Origin: Thermoproteota archaeon
GTDB taxonomy: Archaea; Korarchaeota; Korarchaeia; Korarchaeales; Korarchaeaceae
Reading direction: 5' to 3'
DNA length: 64,000 bases
NCBI GenBank assembly: GCA_027492205.1
Contig: JAOZFN010000007.1
Span: 303,112-367,111, forward strand
The notes under the pieces are model-generated. The model had not been told where the DNA came from and searched no databases. It saw only the letters and a program-made list of their open reading frames with translations. This document shows, piece after piece, positions 37,916 through 46,735 of this stretch; position 1 is the first letter of the stretch; every line of letters begins with the position of its first letter. Position numbers and translations under genes: made by a program.

Positions 37916-38995
37916 CTATAAGCTTGGCCCGCCCTCCCTCCTGAGGAACTCCCTGACGCGCGGCGGGAGGTCCCCCTCGCCGACCCCCTCGAGGTGGGGG
38001 GTGAGGTCCACCGAGTTGAAGGTGTCCCAGAAGAGGAGCGGGCCCCTCGCCCCGGCAATGGCCTTGGCGAGGAGGGCCGCGAAGGCCTTCGCGGTGTACG
38101 TGAGGTCCAGCTCCACGCCGTCGGTCCCGAGCAGGAGTTCCCTGGCCTCCACGGCCTCCCGCGTGGGGGCGCCGTATCCGGGTCCGTAGAAGCCGTGGAT
38201 CACCTCCAGGTCGGAGGGGCTGAATCTGAGGTCGGGGACCGAGTCCGACCGAGACCTGAGGAGCCTGACAACCCTGTTGGCCAGGTCGGCCACCCTCCTC
38301 GCGTTGCCTATCCTCTCTGGAGTGACCCTGACCCCGACCAGCCTCGAGTCCAGACCCGCGAGCCTCAGCCCGACCAGCAGGCCGGCCAGCGTTCCCCCGG
38401 TTCCGAGCGCGAGGTAGATCTCCCGGGGCTCGGGCAGCTCTCCGGAGTCGACCTGGCGAGCCAGCTCCAGCCCGGCGTCGACGAAGCCGAGGGCCCCCAG
38501 GGGGGAGGAGCCGCCGAGGGGGAGGGTGTAGATCCCTCTCCTGGTGAGCTTGATCCAAGCCACGATCAGCGCCCTCTCCAGGGAGTTCCTGGCCAGGTGC
38601 ACCTCGGCCCCAAACTTCACGTCCAGGAGGAGGTTCCTCCTCACGTGAGGGTTGATCGGCTGGGGGTGGAGGACCAGTATAGATCTGAGGCCGAGCCTGC
38701 GGGAGTGTATGGTCGTCGCCAGGCAGTGATTAGACCCGAGGCCGCCGAACGTGAGCACGTACCTCTTTCCTCGCCTCTTCGCGTCGGCCAGGGTGAACTC
38801 CAGCTTCCGAACCTTGTTACCCCCGTAGTGACTTGAGGAGCGGTCGTCTCTTTTGATCCAGATCTCGCAGAGCTCTTCAGACTCACACAGACCCTCTAGC
38901 CTGTGGACGGGGGTGGGAAGGTCCCCAAGGCTCGTCCAAGGGATTCTCCCCTCCAGCTCTGGATGCTCCTCGAAGAGCCAGGGGCGCGCCCTCAT
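37916..38995 (-). CDS. D-cysteine desulfhydrase / ACC deaminase family PLP enzyme
   Basis: IKRDD....YGGNKVRKLEF, SNH, GTGGT, YTAK. Confidence 0.92.
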   Translation of the reverse strand: MRARPWLFEEHPELEGRIPWTSLGDLPTPVHRLEGLCESEELCEIWIKRDDRSSSHYGGNKVRKLEFTLADAKRRGKRYVLTFGGLGSNHCLATTIHSRRLGLRSILVLHPQPINPHVRRNLLLDVKFGAEVHLARNSLERALIVAWIKLTRRGIYTLPLGGSSPLGALGFVDAGLELARQVDSGELPEPREIYLALGTGGTLAGLLVGLRLAGLDSRLVGVRVTPERIGNARRVADLANRVVRLLRSRSDSVPDLRFSPSDLEVIHGFYGPGYGAPTREAVEARELLLGTDGVELDLTYTAKAFAALLAKAIAGARGPLLFWDTFNSVDLTPHLEGVGEGDLPPRVREFLRREGGPSL

Positions 38996-39076
38996 CGAGT
39001 CGACGCTCCAGCGCAGGATATAACCCCCCTGCGCCCACTCGGCCCCGCCTTTTATTCCGATAGACCACGCGCCGCG

Positions 39077-39310
39077 ATGCGGATCCCTGGGAGGTTGATA
39101 TCCTTTCCGCTCCGGCGCGGACCGAGCCTAGATGCCAGCAGGGAGAGGGTCAGGAGGCACCTCCGGGAGGTCATCGCGGAGGTCAGGGTCGTCAACCCCG
39201 CGGCCAGCGAGGCAGCCGAGGCGCTAGCGGCCCTCATGGTTGGGCTGCTGACGGCCAGCGAGGGGGAGGCTCGGGAGCTGGCCAGGCTGCTGGGGGTGGG
39301 TCGTGAGTGA
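39077..39310 (+). CDS. Small hypothetical protein, first gene of the pilus-accessory operon
   Basis: TTTTATT at about 39050; GTGA overlap with the next gene. Confidence 0.5.
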   Translation: MRIPGRLISFPLRRGPSLDASRERVRRHLREVIAEVRVVNPAASEAAEALAALMVGLLTASEGEARELARLLGVGRE

Positions 39311-39729
39311 ACGAGACGCTAGCTTACGCCCTGATCGGTCTCGTCTCAGCGGCTGCGATGTTGGGCCTCGTCTCGGGGCCCATGAGGGAGGCTGCGGAGA
39401 GGGTGGACCGGAGGGTGACGGCGGCGAGCGAGTGGACCCTCGGCGGGGCCGTGAGCAACTGCGTGTCGGCCGTAATAGGAGGGGGGACCTGCAGAACTCG
39501 GGCGTTCGTTCCGGTGGAACTCGTGGTCGAGGTCAAGGGGGGTCGGGTCATAGTCTGGGACAACGAGAGCCTGGCCAAGTTCACGGTCGAGTTCCCGGTT
39601 GAGGTGAGGCTCCTGAACGGGCAGACGTACCCCTGGCACCCTGAGAACAAGGTCCGCGTGGTCAGGGGGTTCGTCTGGGTCGAGGCGGCCTGGGCCGACG
39701 GGACCGTGCTGCTGGAGGTGGGGGGGTAG
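39307..39729 (+). CDS. Pilin/pseudopilin-like protein
   Basis: N-terminal NET+hydrophobic helix followed by a beta-rich domain. Confidence 0.55.
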   Translation: MNETLAYALIGLVSAAAMLGLVSGPMREAAERVDRRVTAASEWTLGGAVSNCVSAVIGGGTCRTRAFVPVELVVEVKGGRVIVWDNESLAKFTVEFPVEVRLLNGQTYPWHPENKVRVVRGFVWVEAAWADGTVLLEVGG

Positions 39730-39998
39730 TGAGGAGGGTGCTCAGGGAGTCGCTCGGCATCGCGCTGAACGCCACCCTCCTGCTGAGCGCCCTGGCCATG
39801 GGCGCCCTCCTGCGCGGCCTGGGAGAGCTGGCCTCAAGCGCCCGGCTCAGGGAGGACCTCTCGAGGCTGAGGGAGAGGGCCGAGTCACTTCGCGTCGTCA
39901 CCGTGGTCAGGTACCCGTGGGGGGCCGAGGTCCAGGTTCCGCCAGGAGCGGGCGGCTTCGGGGAGGGAGGTGGGCGGGTTGTCGGAGGAGGCGGCTGA
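39729..39998 (+). CDS. Small pilin-like membrane protein
   Basis: Basic N-terminus plus hydrophobic helix; coupled. Confidence 0.5.
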   Translation: MRRVLRESLGIALNATLLLSALAMGALLRGLGELASSARLREDLSRLRERAESLRVVTVVRYPWGAEVQVPPGAGGFGEGGGRVVGGGG

Positions 39999-40107
39999 CG
40001 CGATCGGGGACCTGCTCTGGCTCGCCCTGGTGATCGCCGCGCTCGTCGCGGCGACGCTGGCCGCGGCTCAGAGGCCGAGCCCGCTGCCGCTGGGGGTGAT
40101 ACCGTGA
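39979..40107 (+). CDS. 42-aa single-TM protein, absent from the ORF track
   Basis: TTG after GGAGGTG SD; MSEEAADAIGDLLWLALVIAALVAATLAAA...; GTGA overlap. Confidence 0.5.
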   Translation: MSEEAADAIGDLLWLALVIAALVAATLAAAQRPSPLPLGVIP

Positions 40108-40379
40108 GGGTCCTGTGGCTGTCGGTGGGCGCGCTGACGGTGGTTGTGCTGGCCGGCTATGCCCTCCTGGGATACCAAGGCCCCGGGTGGGTGATCGCCT
40201 GCAGGGACTCACAGGCCGGCGGGCTCGTCGACGCGCTCAAAGAGGAGGGGGTGAGGCTCGTCTGGGAGGGCGTGGCAGAGGTGGACGGCAGGCTGAACCT
40301 CTCCTGCCCGCTGTCGGCGAGGGTGGTGATCCCGCTCCCTGAGGGGCTGAACCACACCGTTGAGGTGGGGGGAGGGTGA
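40104..40379 (+). CDS. Small membrane-anchored protein
   Basis: N-terminal TM; coupled by GTGA. Confidence 0.55.
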   Translation: MRVLWLSVGALTVVVLAGYALLGYQGPGWVIACRDSQAGGLVDALKEEGVRLVWEGVAEVDGRLNLSCPLSARVVIPLPEGLNHTVEVGGG

Positions 40380-41299
40380 GGGACCTCCTCGGGCTCGCCG
40401 CAGTGCTGGTGATCGCCCTCTCGGCGCTTGGGGGGCACAGGGCAAGTGAGCTCGATCCGCCCGCGGTCGACGCCGGACTCTCGCAGTCGGTGGCGTGGAT
40501 GGAGGCCGAGACCGCCCTTCCTCGGCTCCTGATCTACATCCGCTGTGCGATCGACAGGTGGATGGTCGAGACAAACGGCGGGAGCCTCGAGAACATCGAA
40601 CTTCCGCAGATAGATCTGAGGGAGTGGGAGGAGGTGATTGCCCGGGCGGCGCTCGTGGAGGCCGCATCGGAGCTCAGGGCCTCAGCCGAGGTGGAGCTCA
40701 AGAGGAACCCCGGCCCCGGCGGGGTGGACGAGGATCTCAATTCCCTCTTCCTCGGTGGGGGCGACTCCGGGATGATAAGGGTCCGAGGCTCGCTCAACGT
40801 CTCGACTCTGGTTAGGAGGGGGCTGGCCCAGACGTCGGCGGTCAGGAACTACACATTCACGGTGGTCCACCCCCTGAGGTACTACTCGGTGGTTGAGGCC
40901 CACCGGGAGGCCGCGGAGGGAGTCAGCGAGATAGCTGGCCAGTCGATATTCTTTGTGGGGGTCGTCAACTCCACCGACGAACTCCTCGACGCCTCTGACG
41001 ACGCGATACGGCAGGTGCTCGGAGAGATCGGGTCGCTGGAGAGGGAGCTGAGGGACAGGTACTCCAGGAGGGGATTGAGCGTCTCGTTTGACGTTGCTCT
41101 CAACGGATCAGAACTCGACCTGGTGGAGAGGGGCGAGTGGGTCGAGGTGACGCACCGTGCCACCATCCTCATACGCGTCTGGGTGGAGGACCCCCAGGTC
41201 CGCTACTGGTGGGGCGGAGAGAAGATCGGGTGGGGGTGCTACTCGGAGGGCGAGATCACGGTCGTCACCCGCGGGCTCCTGCGGAGGGGACCCACTTGA
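40376..41299 (+). CDS. Secreted/membrane-anchored protein (minor pilin/adhesin-like)
   Basis: N-terminal hydrophobic helix; several N-x-S/T sequons. Confidence 0.55.
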   Translation: MRDLLGLAAVLVIALSALGGHRASELDPPAVDAGLSQSVAWMEAETALPRLLIYIRCAIDRWMVETNGGSLENIELPQIDLREWEEVIARAALVEAASELRASAEVELKRNPGPGGVDEDLNSLFLGGGDSGMIRVRGSLNVSTLVRRGLAQTSAVRNYTFTVVHPLRYYSVVEAHREAAEGVSEIAGQSIFFVGVVNSTDELLDASDDAIRQVLGEIGSLERELRDRYSRRGLSVSFDVALNGSELDLVERGEWVEVTHRATILIRVWVEDPQVRYWWGGEKIGWGCYSEGEITVVTRGLLRRGPT

Positions 41300-41541
41300 A
41301 CCCCTTCGAGAGAGAGCTTGAGGGGCTGCTCTGGGGGCTCTTGGAGGCCTTGAGGGAGGGCCTGCTGAGGGTGTCGGCCCTCGCCCGAGAGGCCGCGCCT
41401 CCGATAGGCCTCCTCCTAGTCCTCGCCTGGCTCCTGGAGGACCACCTGGATCTGGCGAGGGAGGTCCGGCGGGTGATGCTCTACCTGCTGGTGGCGGCGA
41501 TCGCGCTGGCCTCGATCCCTAGAATCCTGGGCGCCCCCTGA
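41296..41541 (+). CDS. Small two-TM protein
   Basis: TTGA overlap; PIGLLLVLAWLL...RRVMLYLLVAAIALASIPRIL. Confidence 0.55.
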   Translation: MNPFERELEGLLWGLLEALREGLLRVSALAREAAPPIGLLLVLAWLLEDHLDLAREVRRVMLYLLVAAIALASIPRILGAP

Positions 41542-41600
41542 ACACCCGCGCTAGCGCGATACTTTCGTCAGGTGGGCGGAGGAAACCCGCAGCGGCCCAC

Positions 41601-42524
41601 TTGCAGCGCATGGTGGTCCAGGGAGACGCGCCCAGGTGCCCGATTGACGGATCTCGCCTCATCGTCGAGGGCGGCTGTCTGGTGTGTCCGACGTGCGGGA
41701 GGACGTGGGGCAGACTCTCGCGGCCCGAGAGCTGGCGGTCGGGAGTTCCAGCGAGGAGTTCCCGGGTGAGGATTATCCAGGACCTGGCTGAGGCTCTTGA
41801 GGTGCCTGATTCGGTCCGCTCGGCCGCCGAGGGGCTCTTGGGAATCTACCTCTCCAGGAGAGGGGGGAGGGCGTCCGCCGCCCTCGCCGCCGCCTGCCTC
41901 CTGGCCGCGGGTAGGAGGCTGGGGTATCCCCTGACGATCTCGGAGGTGCTGGATGCGCTCTCCCTCACTCGGGTGAGGAGGGTCAGGCCAGGCGACGTCT
42001 TGAAGGGCTTGGAGGCAGTAAAATCGCTCTTAGGCGTCTCTTGCCGGGTCTCTCCGGAGTACTACGTCGGGGCGATAATCAGGGGGCTGGTCAGGTCCGG
42101 TCTGGACATGAGGGGAATGGAGGAGGTGATCAGGATCCGGGCCATCGCCATGCTGCGCCGGATCGAGGGGTCGGGTGGGTTCCTGAGGGGGAGGAACCCC
42201 CGGCACCTCGCGGCGGTCGCGGTCCTGCTGGCCATGGAGGAGGTCGGGTTCCCCACGAGGTTGAGGGGAGGGGCTCAGATTCCGTTCAAGGATCTGCTGC
42301 GGAGACTGGGGCTCGGGAAGAGCAGATGGAAGGAGACCGCCAGCCTGCTAGAGGAGCGCCGGGATCGCGAGGGCCGTCGTGAAGGCCGCCAGGTCGAGCG
42401 TGGAGAGCCTGCCGCCGCGAAGGTACCCGGCGACGCACGCGGCGGCGAGGGCCACCCACGGTATCGGCCCGCCCAAAGGGCACGTAGACAGGACGAGCTT
42501 CAAGTCTCCGCCCCCCAGGCCTAG
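41601..42524 (+). CDS. Divergent transcription factor IIB (TFB)-like protein
   Basis: Zn ribbon CPIDG...LVCPTCG; cyclin repeats ALAAACLLAAGRRLGYPLTISEV, PEYYV, RGRNPRHLAAVAV. Confidence 0.75.
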   Translation: MQRMVVQGDAPRCPIDGSRLIVEGGCLVCPTCGRTWGRLSRPESWRSGVPARSSRVRIIQDLAEALEVPDSVRSAAEGLLGIYLSRRGGRASAALAAACLLAAGRRLGYPLTISEVLDALSLTRVRRVRPGDVLKGLEAVKSLLGVSCRVSPEYYVGAIIRGLVRSGLDMRGMEEVIRIRAIAMLRRIEGSGGFLRGRNPRHLAAVAVLLAMEEVGFPTRLRGGAQIPFKDLLRRLGLGKSRWKETASLLEERRDREGRREGRQVERGEPAAAKVPGDARGGEGHPRYRPAQRARRQDELQVSAPQA

Positions 42525-42734
42525 CCTGTGTAGGACCAGCGCGGCCGGGATGGACAGGGCGGACCATATGAGGGCCGGCCTCCACCACCCCACAGAGCCG
42601 GCCACAGCCAGGTTTAGGATCAAGAAGGTGGCGTTGAGACGGTTCGGAACCCTACCTGAGCGGGAGTCAACGCAGGCCGCAACCCACACCTCCGAGAGGA
42701 GGAGGGCTGCGGGGGCGAGGCTGGACACGTTCAA
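42348..42734 (-). CDS. Prepilin peptidase A24 (TadV-like, short form)
   Basis: ACVDSRSGRVPNRL, GLGGGDLKL; TTGA overlap. Confidence 0.85.
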   Translation of the reverse strand: MNVSSLAPAALLLSEVWVAACVDSRSGRVPNRLNATFLILNLAVAGSVGWWRPALIWSALSIPAALVLHRLGLGGGDLKLVLSTCPLGGPIPWVALAAACVAGYLRGGRLSTLDLAAFTTALAIPALL

Positions 42735-43312
42735 ACTCCCATCGCCTCCAGCAGAGCTATAGCCAGCGCCGCCGAGGCGGCCGGCAGGGTCATCCAGGCG
42801 GGGCTGTCCCCAGCCTCGGACAGAAGGAGCGCTGAGAATCCCAGTCCAACAGCCACCATCGGACCCAGGGCCCCGGTTCCCTGGACGCCAGGGCTCAGGG
42901 ACATTTGAGCCAGAAGCTCGGTCACCTTGCCCAAGACCGCCGTCGAGGCGGCTACGGACGCAGCTAGGATCCTGCACACCCGCCTGTGCCACCTCAGCAG
43001 CGACTCCCTCTCCTCCATGAGCTGTCCGATGGCGCGGGATGCCGAGGCGGCGTGGCGGAGGATCATGGCCGCCCCCTCCGGGCTCAGGCCAGGGACCAGC
43101 GCCCTCACCAGGGGGGAGTCTTCGCCAAAGGCCTCGGCGGCAAGGGAGAGGGAGGCCAGGACGTCCCCCTCGACCTTCGCCCTGGCCGCCGCCCCCCGCA
43201 GATCGCTTCGAGAGCGCGCCAGGGTCTCAACGGCGGCCAGGGGAGGCATGCCGGCCTCCAGGAGGGAGGCCAGCCAGTCCATCAGGCTCGGGCCCTCCAC
43301 AGCCGGACCCAC
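42731..43312 (-). CDS. TadC-like (T2SSF) membrane platform protein
   Basis: LASLLEAGMPPLAAVE plus TM segments; operon context. Confidence 0.65.
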   Translation of the reverse strand: MGPAVEGPSLMDWLASLLEAGMPPLAAVETLARSRSDLRGAAARAKVEGDVLASLSLAAEAFGEDSPLVRALVPGLSPEGAAMILRHAASASRAIGQLMEERESLLRWHRRVCRILAASVAASTAVLGKVTELLAQMSLSPGVQGTGALGPMVAVGLGFSALLLSEAGDSPAWMTLPAASAALAIALLEAMGV

Positions 43313-43803
43313 CTCCTCACCGACGCCGCCAGAAGAGACAGGGAGATCGCGGCGGCCGCCGGGGCGATGAAGCTCGGTGGCGCGGAGCCCGCGACCACCG
43401 AGGCCGCCACCACGGTGATGGCGGAGAAGGCGGCCGTCGTCCGGATCCCCAACCTGAGCGACATCTCCCGAGACTCGGCCTCGATCTCAGACTCAACGTA
43501 GCGCCTGAGAACGTCGAGAGAGACCCCCGGGTTTCCTCCCCTGACAAGCGCGGTGACCGCCTCCCTCAGAGGGGCCCAGTCTACTGTTGAGAGCGACCTC
43601 TCGAGCGCCGCTTCGATGGACGTGCCCTCGACGGCCGCCTCAGCCAGGGCGCTCCTGAAGGCCCGCGCGACCTCCTCAGGCGCCGCCTCGGCGGCAACCC
43701 TCAGGGCGGCGGGCACGCCGGCTGGCAGGGCGGCGCAGAGCGCGTAGACGGCCCGCAGCCTGTCGCGGGACCTTCCTCCTCCAAACAGGCTGGCGACGCT
43801 CAA
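43282..43803 (-). CDS. TadB-like (T2SSF) membrane platform protein
   Basis: AGVPAAL...EGTSIEAALE...GGNPG; TTGA overlap with the ATPase. Confidence 0.7.
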   Translation of the reverse strand: MSVASLFGGGRSRDRLRAVYALCAALPAGVPAALRVAAEAAPEEVARAFRSALAEAAVEGTSIEAALERSLSTVDWAPLREAVTALVRGGNPGVSLDVLRRYVESEIEAESREMSLRLGIRTTAAFSAITVVAASVVAGSAPPSFIAPAAAAISLSLLAASVRRWVRLWRARA

Positions 43804-45200
43804 GCCGGAATCACCCTGCCAACGGCGGCCGCGACCTCGAAGTTCGTCCGCATGCCCCTGAGCGACCGGACGAGGTCGAGCCAGGCGCCGCTCGGCTCGG
43901 GGTCGACCTCCTCCCAGGCGCCTCCAATCACCGTGCCGACGCGCTCCACCCTCTTGTCTCTCATGAACGCGATCAGCGCGCCCTCGAGGGCCTGGGAGAG
44001 CCCCCAGGAGGACCACTTCCGCAGCAGCCCCCGCCAGTCCGAGGCGTGCGTGGTGGCCAGCACCCTGAAGCCAGAGTCGAAGGCGAACTCAAACGCCTTC
44101 GCGTGCTCTGAACTCAATATCTCCCCCAAGAAGACGACGTCTGGGTTCCTGTGGAGCAGGGCCATGACCGCCAAGGTCCGGGCCCCGGGAATTGCATATG
44201 CGTGGTGGAGCATCCCGTACTCACCGAGGTCCTCCACCTCCCTGACCTCCTCCACCGTGAGCACCCTGACCCCCCTCCCTAGGGCCACCAGCAGGGCGTT
44301 GCATAGCGTCGTCTTGCCCGACCCAGTCGGACCCGCGACCAGGACGGGCGTTCCCCCGGACAGCGCCTCAAGCACGTGCGCGGCCTGAGCCTCCGAGATG
44401 GTCCCAAGGGATATGAGCCTTGGGAGTGGGAGGCGAGACATCGCGGACAGGTTCCTTGCGTCGAACCCAGGGGTGGAGGCTGGGGGCACGTCCACCGTGA
44501 GCCTCACCCTGCCCCCGGGCAGCTCCAGGTCGACCTTTGCGAGAGGGTTGTGGGGACCGATGGAGCCGTGTGGATGGAGTTCGACGAAGCTCCTTATTCT
44601 CTCAAAGTCGGTCTCGTCGAGGATCAGGTTCTCGACGACCAACCTTCCCGCCTCGATGTGATCGATGTACACCCTCGATCCGAGGCTCCCGTAGACCTCA
44701 GTCACGTCCGAGCCCATTAGGAGGATCGCGATCGGCCACAGCTTCGTCGATCTAACGGCCGCCTCAAGGGCGAGGTCCGGATCCAACCCCATTCCGGCCG
44801 CCAGCGACGACCGGTAGGACACCGTCCTCCAAAGCCCCGCTTCCAGCACGTCGGGCGGGTACCTGCCCCGCAGGAGTTCTGCCGCAGCTGCTGCGGAGGC
44901 CGCGGAGTCGCCGCCGCGGACCCAGCTCTTCGGGACCAGCGCGCCTTCTCGCCGACCGTTCTGCACGAGCAGGGCGGGTCCCAGGTCCTCCAGAATCCTC
45001 CCATCTGGAACCGGCGGACAGCGAGGCGGAGGAGGAACGGCTGCGATGATCCCCCTGGCCTCCCTCTCCCCGCGGGCCGACCTGGCCCTCAGCTCGTCGT
45101 AGGTCCTCGCGGGCCTGGTGGCTAGGAGTCGCGCCCACGCGTCGTCGAGCCGAGATACGGCGGCCGCGAACTCGTGAACCCTGCCCTCCCCCAGCAGCAA
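43800..45200 (-). CDS. Type IV pilus/Tad assembly ATPase (TadA/VirB11 family)
   Basis: GPTGSGKTT, VEEVRE, RNPDVVFLGEI, TTHA. Confidence 0.9.
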   Translation of the reverse strand: MLLGEGRVHEFAAAVSRLDDAWARLLATRPARTYDELRARSARGEREARGIIAAVPPPPRCPPVPDGRILEDLGPALLVQNGRREGALVPKSWVRGGDSAASAAAAAELLRGRYPPDVLEAGLWRTVSYRSSLAAGMGLDPDLALEAAVRSTKLWPIAILLMGSDVTEVYGSLGSRVYIDHIEAGRLVVENLILDETDFERIRSFVELHPHGSIGPHNPLAKVDLELPGGRVRLTVDVPPASTPGFDARNLSAMSRLPLPRLISLGTISEAQAAHVLEALSGGTPVLVAGPTGSGKTTLCNALLVALGRGVRVLTVEEVREVEDLGEYGMLHHAYAIPGARTLAVMALLHRNPDVVFLGEILSSEHAKAFEFAFDSGFRVLATTHASDWRGLLRKWSSWGLSQALEGALIAFMRDKRVERVGTVIGGAWEEVDPEPSGAWLDLVRSLRGMRTNFEVAAAVGRVIPA

Positions 45201-45212
45201 GGCCCTCCCTCT

Positions 45213-45503
45213 TCAAGGAACGGTCGAATTCGCAGTCAAGTTAGCCTGCTCCTCTCCCCAGTGGAAGATGCCGCCCAATCGATCTCTCAGATCGGTCACA
45301 AAGTCGAGGAACTTCTTGTCGGCGAGTTCTGGCAGGTTCCACACCAGGTCCACGACGCCCGCCACAGGATTGACCACCAGGACGAAGAACGCGGCGATCG
45401 TGGCGGCTATGAGGAGAGCCTGCTCGACCGTCTGAGTGACCCCCCTCTCGTCCTCGAGAAACTCGATCAGATAGCCGGGAAGACGCCGGCGGACCTCCTC
45501 CAC
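45213..45503 (-). CDS. Flp-like major pilin (class III signal peptide)
   Basis: FLEDERG|VTQTVEQALLIAATIAAFFVLVV; TTTTATA promoter at about 45532-45538. Confidence 0.75.
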   Translation of the reverse strand: MEEVRRRLPGYLIEFLEDERGVTQTVEQALLIAATIAAFFVLVVNPVAGVVDLVWNLPELADKKFLDFVTDLRDRLGGIFHWGEEQANLTANSTVP

Positions 45504-45530
45504 GGGATCACCGATTGGCGGCCGCGGCGG

Positions 45531-45932
45531 CTATAAAAGGCGGGGCCGGGACTCCCCGGAGAGAAGGACCTCGGCCGCCCTGAGGAGGTCGTCCGCCGAC
45601 CCGGAAGACAGTAGGTCCCTCCAAGCCCTGGGCAGGGCGGGTGAGAGCTCGGCCAAGTCGGAGTTGAGGGGCTGAGACAGCCTAGCAGCGAGCTCATACC
45701 TTATGGCGGAGAGGATCAGCTCTCTGGACCTCTCGAGGTGTCCGGCTTCTTTAAGCTCTCTGGCCCGCTCTAAGACTCTGAGTAGTAGCTTTCTCCTTCT
45801 TCGCTCCCGAATCCACCCGCGGGCCTCCAGCGACGCCTCAATGAGGACGACTAGGCAGGCGGGGGCCGCGGCCGGGGGCGACAGCGCTCCGGCAAGGAGC
45901 AGGGAGAGAGCCGCCAGGATCGGCGCAAACAT
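45531..45932 (-). CDS. Membrane protein in the pilus locus
   Basis: Two N-terminal hydrophobic segments; TGATG coupling. Confidence 0.55.
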   Translation of the reverse strand: MFAPILAALSLLLAGALSPPAAAPACLVVLIEASLEARGWIRERRRRKLLLRVLERARELKEAGHLERSRELILSAIRYELAARLSQPLNSDLAELSPALPRAWRDLLSSGSADDLLRAAEVLLSGESRPRLL

Positions 45933-46726
45933 CAGAGACCCCCCTCAGCCATCCTCTCCATGATGAGGCGCCTCACCTCCGCGACGTCATCCGCCACTGA
46001 CCGCGACACCCTGGGCCCAACTGGCGGCGGGGGAATCTCGACTACCCTCCGGGAGAACAGGCGGCGCGGGATGAGCCAGGGGATTGCCCCCGAGACGGCG
46101 CCGGCGAGCGCCCCGAGCGCGCCCGACGTCGAAGACACGAGCAGAGCGGCCGCCGATGTCGCGAGGGCGAGACCGGTCCCCCGCATTGTCCTCTCTCCGG
46201 ACCGAAGGTAAGCCCACGCCGGAATCGCCAAGACAGACGTTCCGGCCGCCAGAGAGTCGAGCCGGACGGCCCACCAGGCGGCGGTGGAGTACCTCGGGGG
46301 CAGCGCCAGGGCCGCGGCGGCCCCCATCACTACGGCGTATCCCGTGAACTTGAGCACGGACCTGGCGGACTTGGCGTAACCGTATCGCCAGGCGAGGCAC
46401 ACACTGGCAAAGTCAGAGAATCCAAACACGGCCGGAGCCACAAGTGACCCCCTCACCAAGAGGTCGATCAAGGTAGAGCCGTAGGACATTCCGGACAGGC
46501 TTGAGGCATAAACCAGGCCCAACACGCCCGCGCTGGAGAAGGAGAGGAGATAGCCAACGAGTCCACCGAGCGCCCCGGTCAGCGCGGCCTCCAGCGGCGA
46601 GTTGAAGATCTCACGCGACTCCGGCGGCCCGGGCACCCCCCCAAGGGCCCCGGTGAGCAGGGAGACGGCGACCAAGGAGTAGGCGCCCACGAGGACAACC
46701 AGGATCCTAGACGGACTCGAGGTCAT
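45932..46726 (-). CDS. Multi-pass membrane protein in the pilus locus
   Basis: Highly hydrophobic 264 aa ORF. Confidence 0.6.
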   Translation of the reverse strand: MTSSPSRILVVLVGAYSLVAVSLLTGALGGVPGPPESREIFNSPLEAALTGALGGLVGYLLSFSSAGVLGLVYASSLSGMSYGSTLIDLLVRGSLVAPAVFGFSDFASVCLAWRYGYAKSARSVLKFTGYAVVMGAAAALALPPRYSTAAWWAVRLDSLAAGTSVLAIPAWAYLRSGERTMRGTGLALATSAAALLVSSTSGALGALAGAVSGAIPWLIPRRLFSRRVVEIPPPPVGPRVSRSVADDVAEVRRLIMERMAEGGL

Positions 46727-46735
46727 CGAAAAGCA

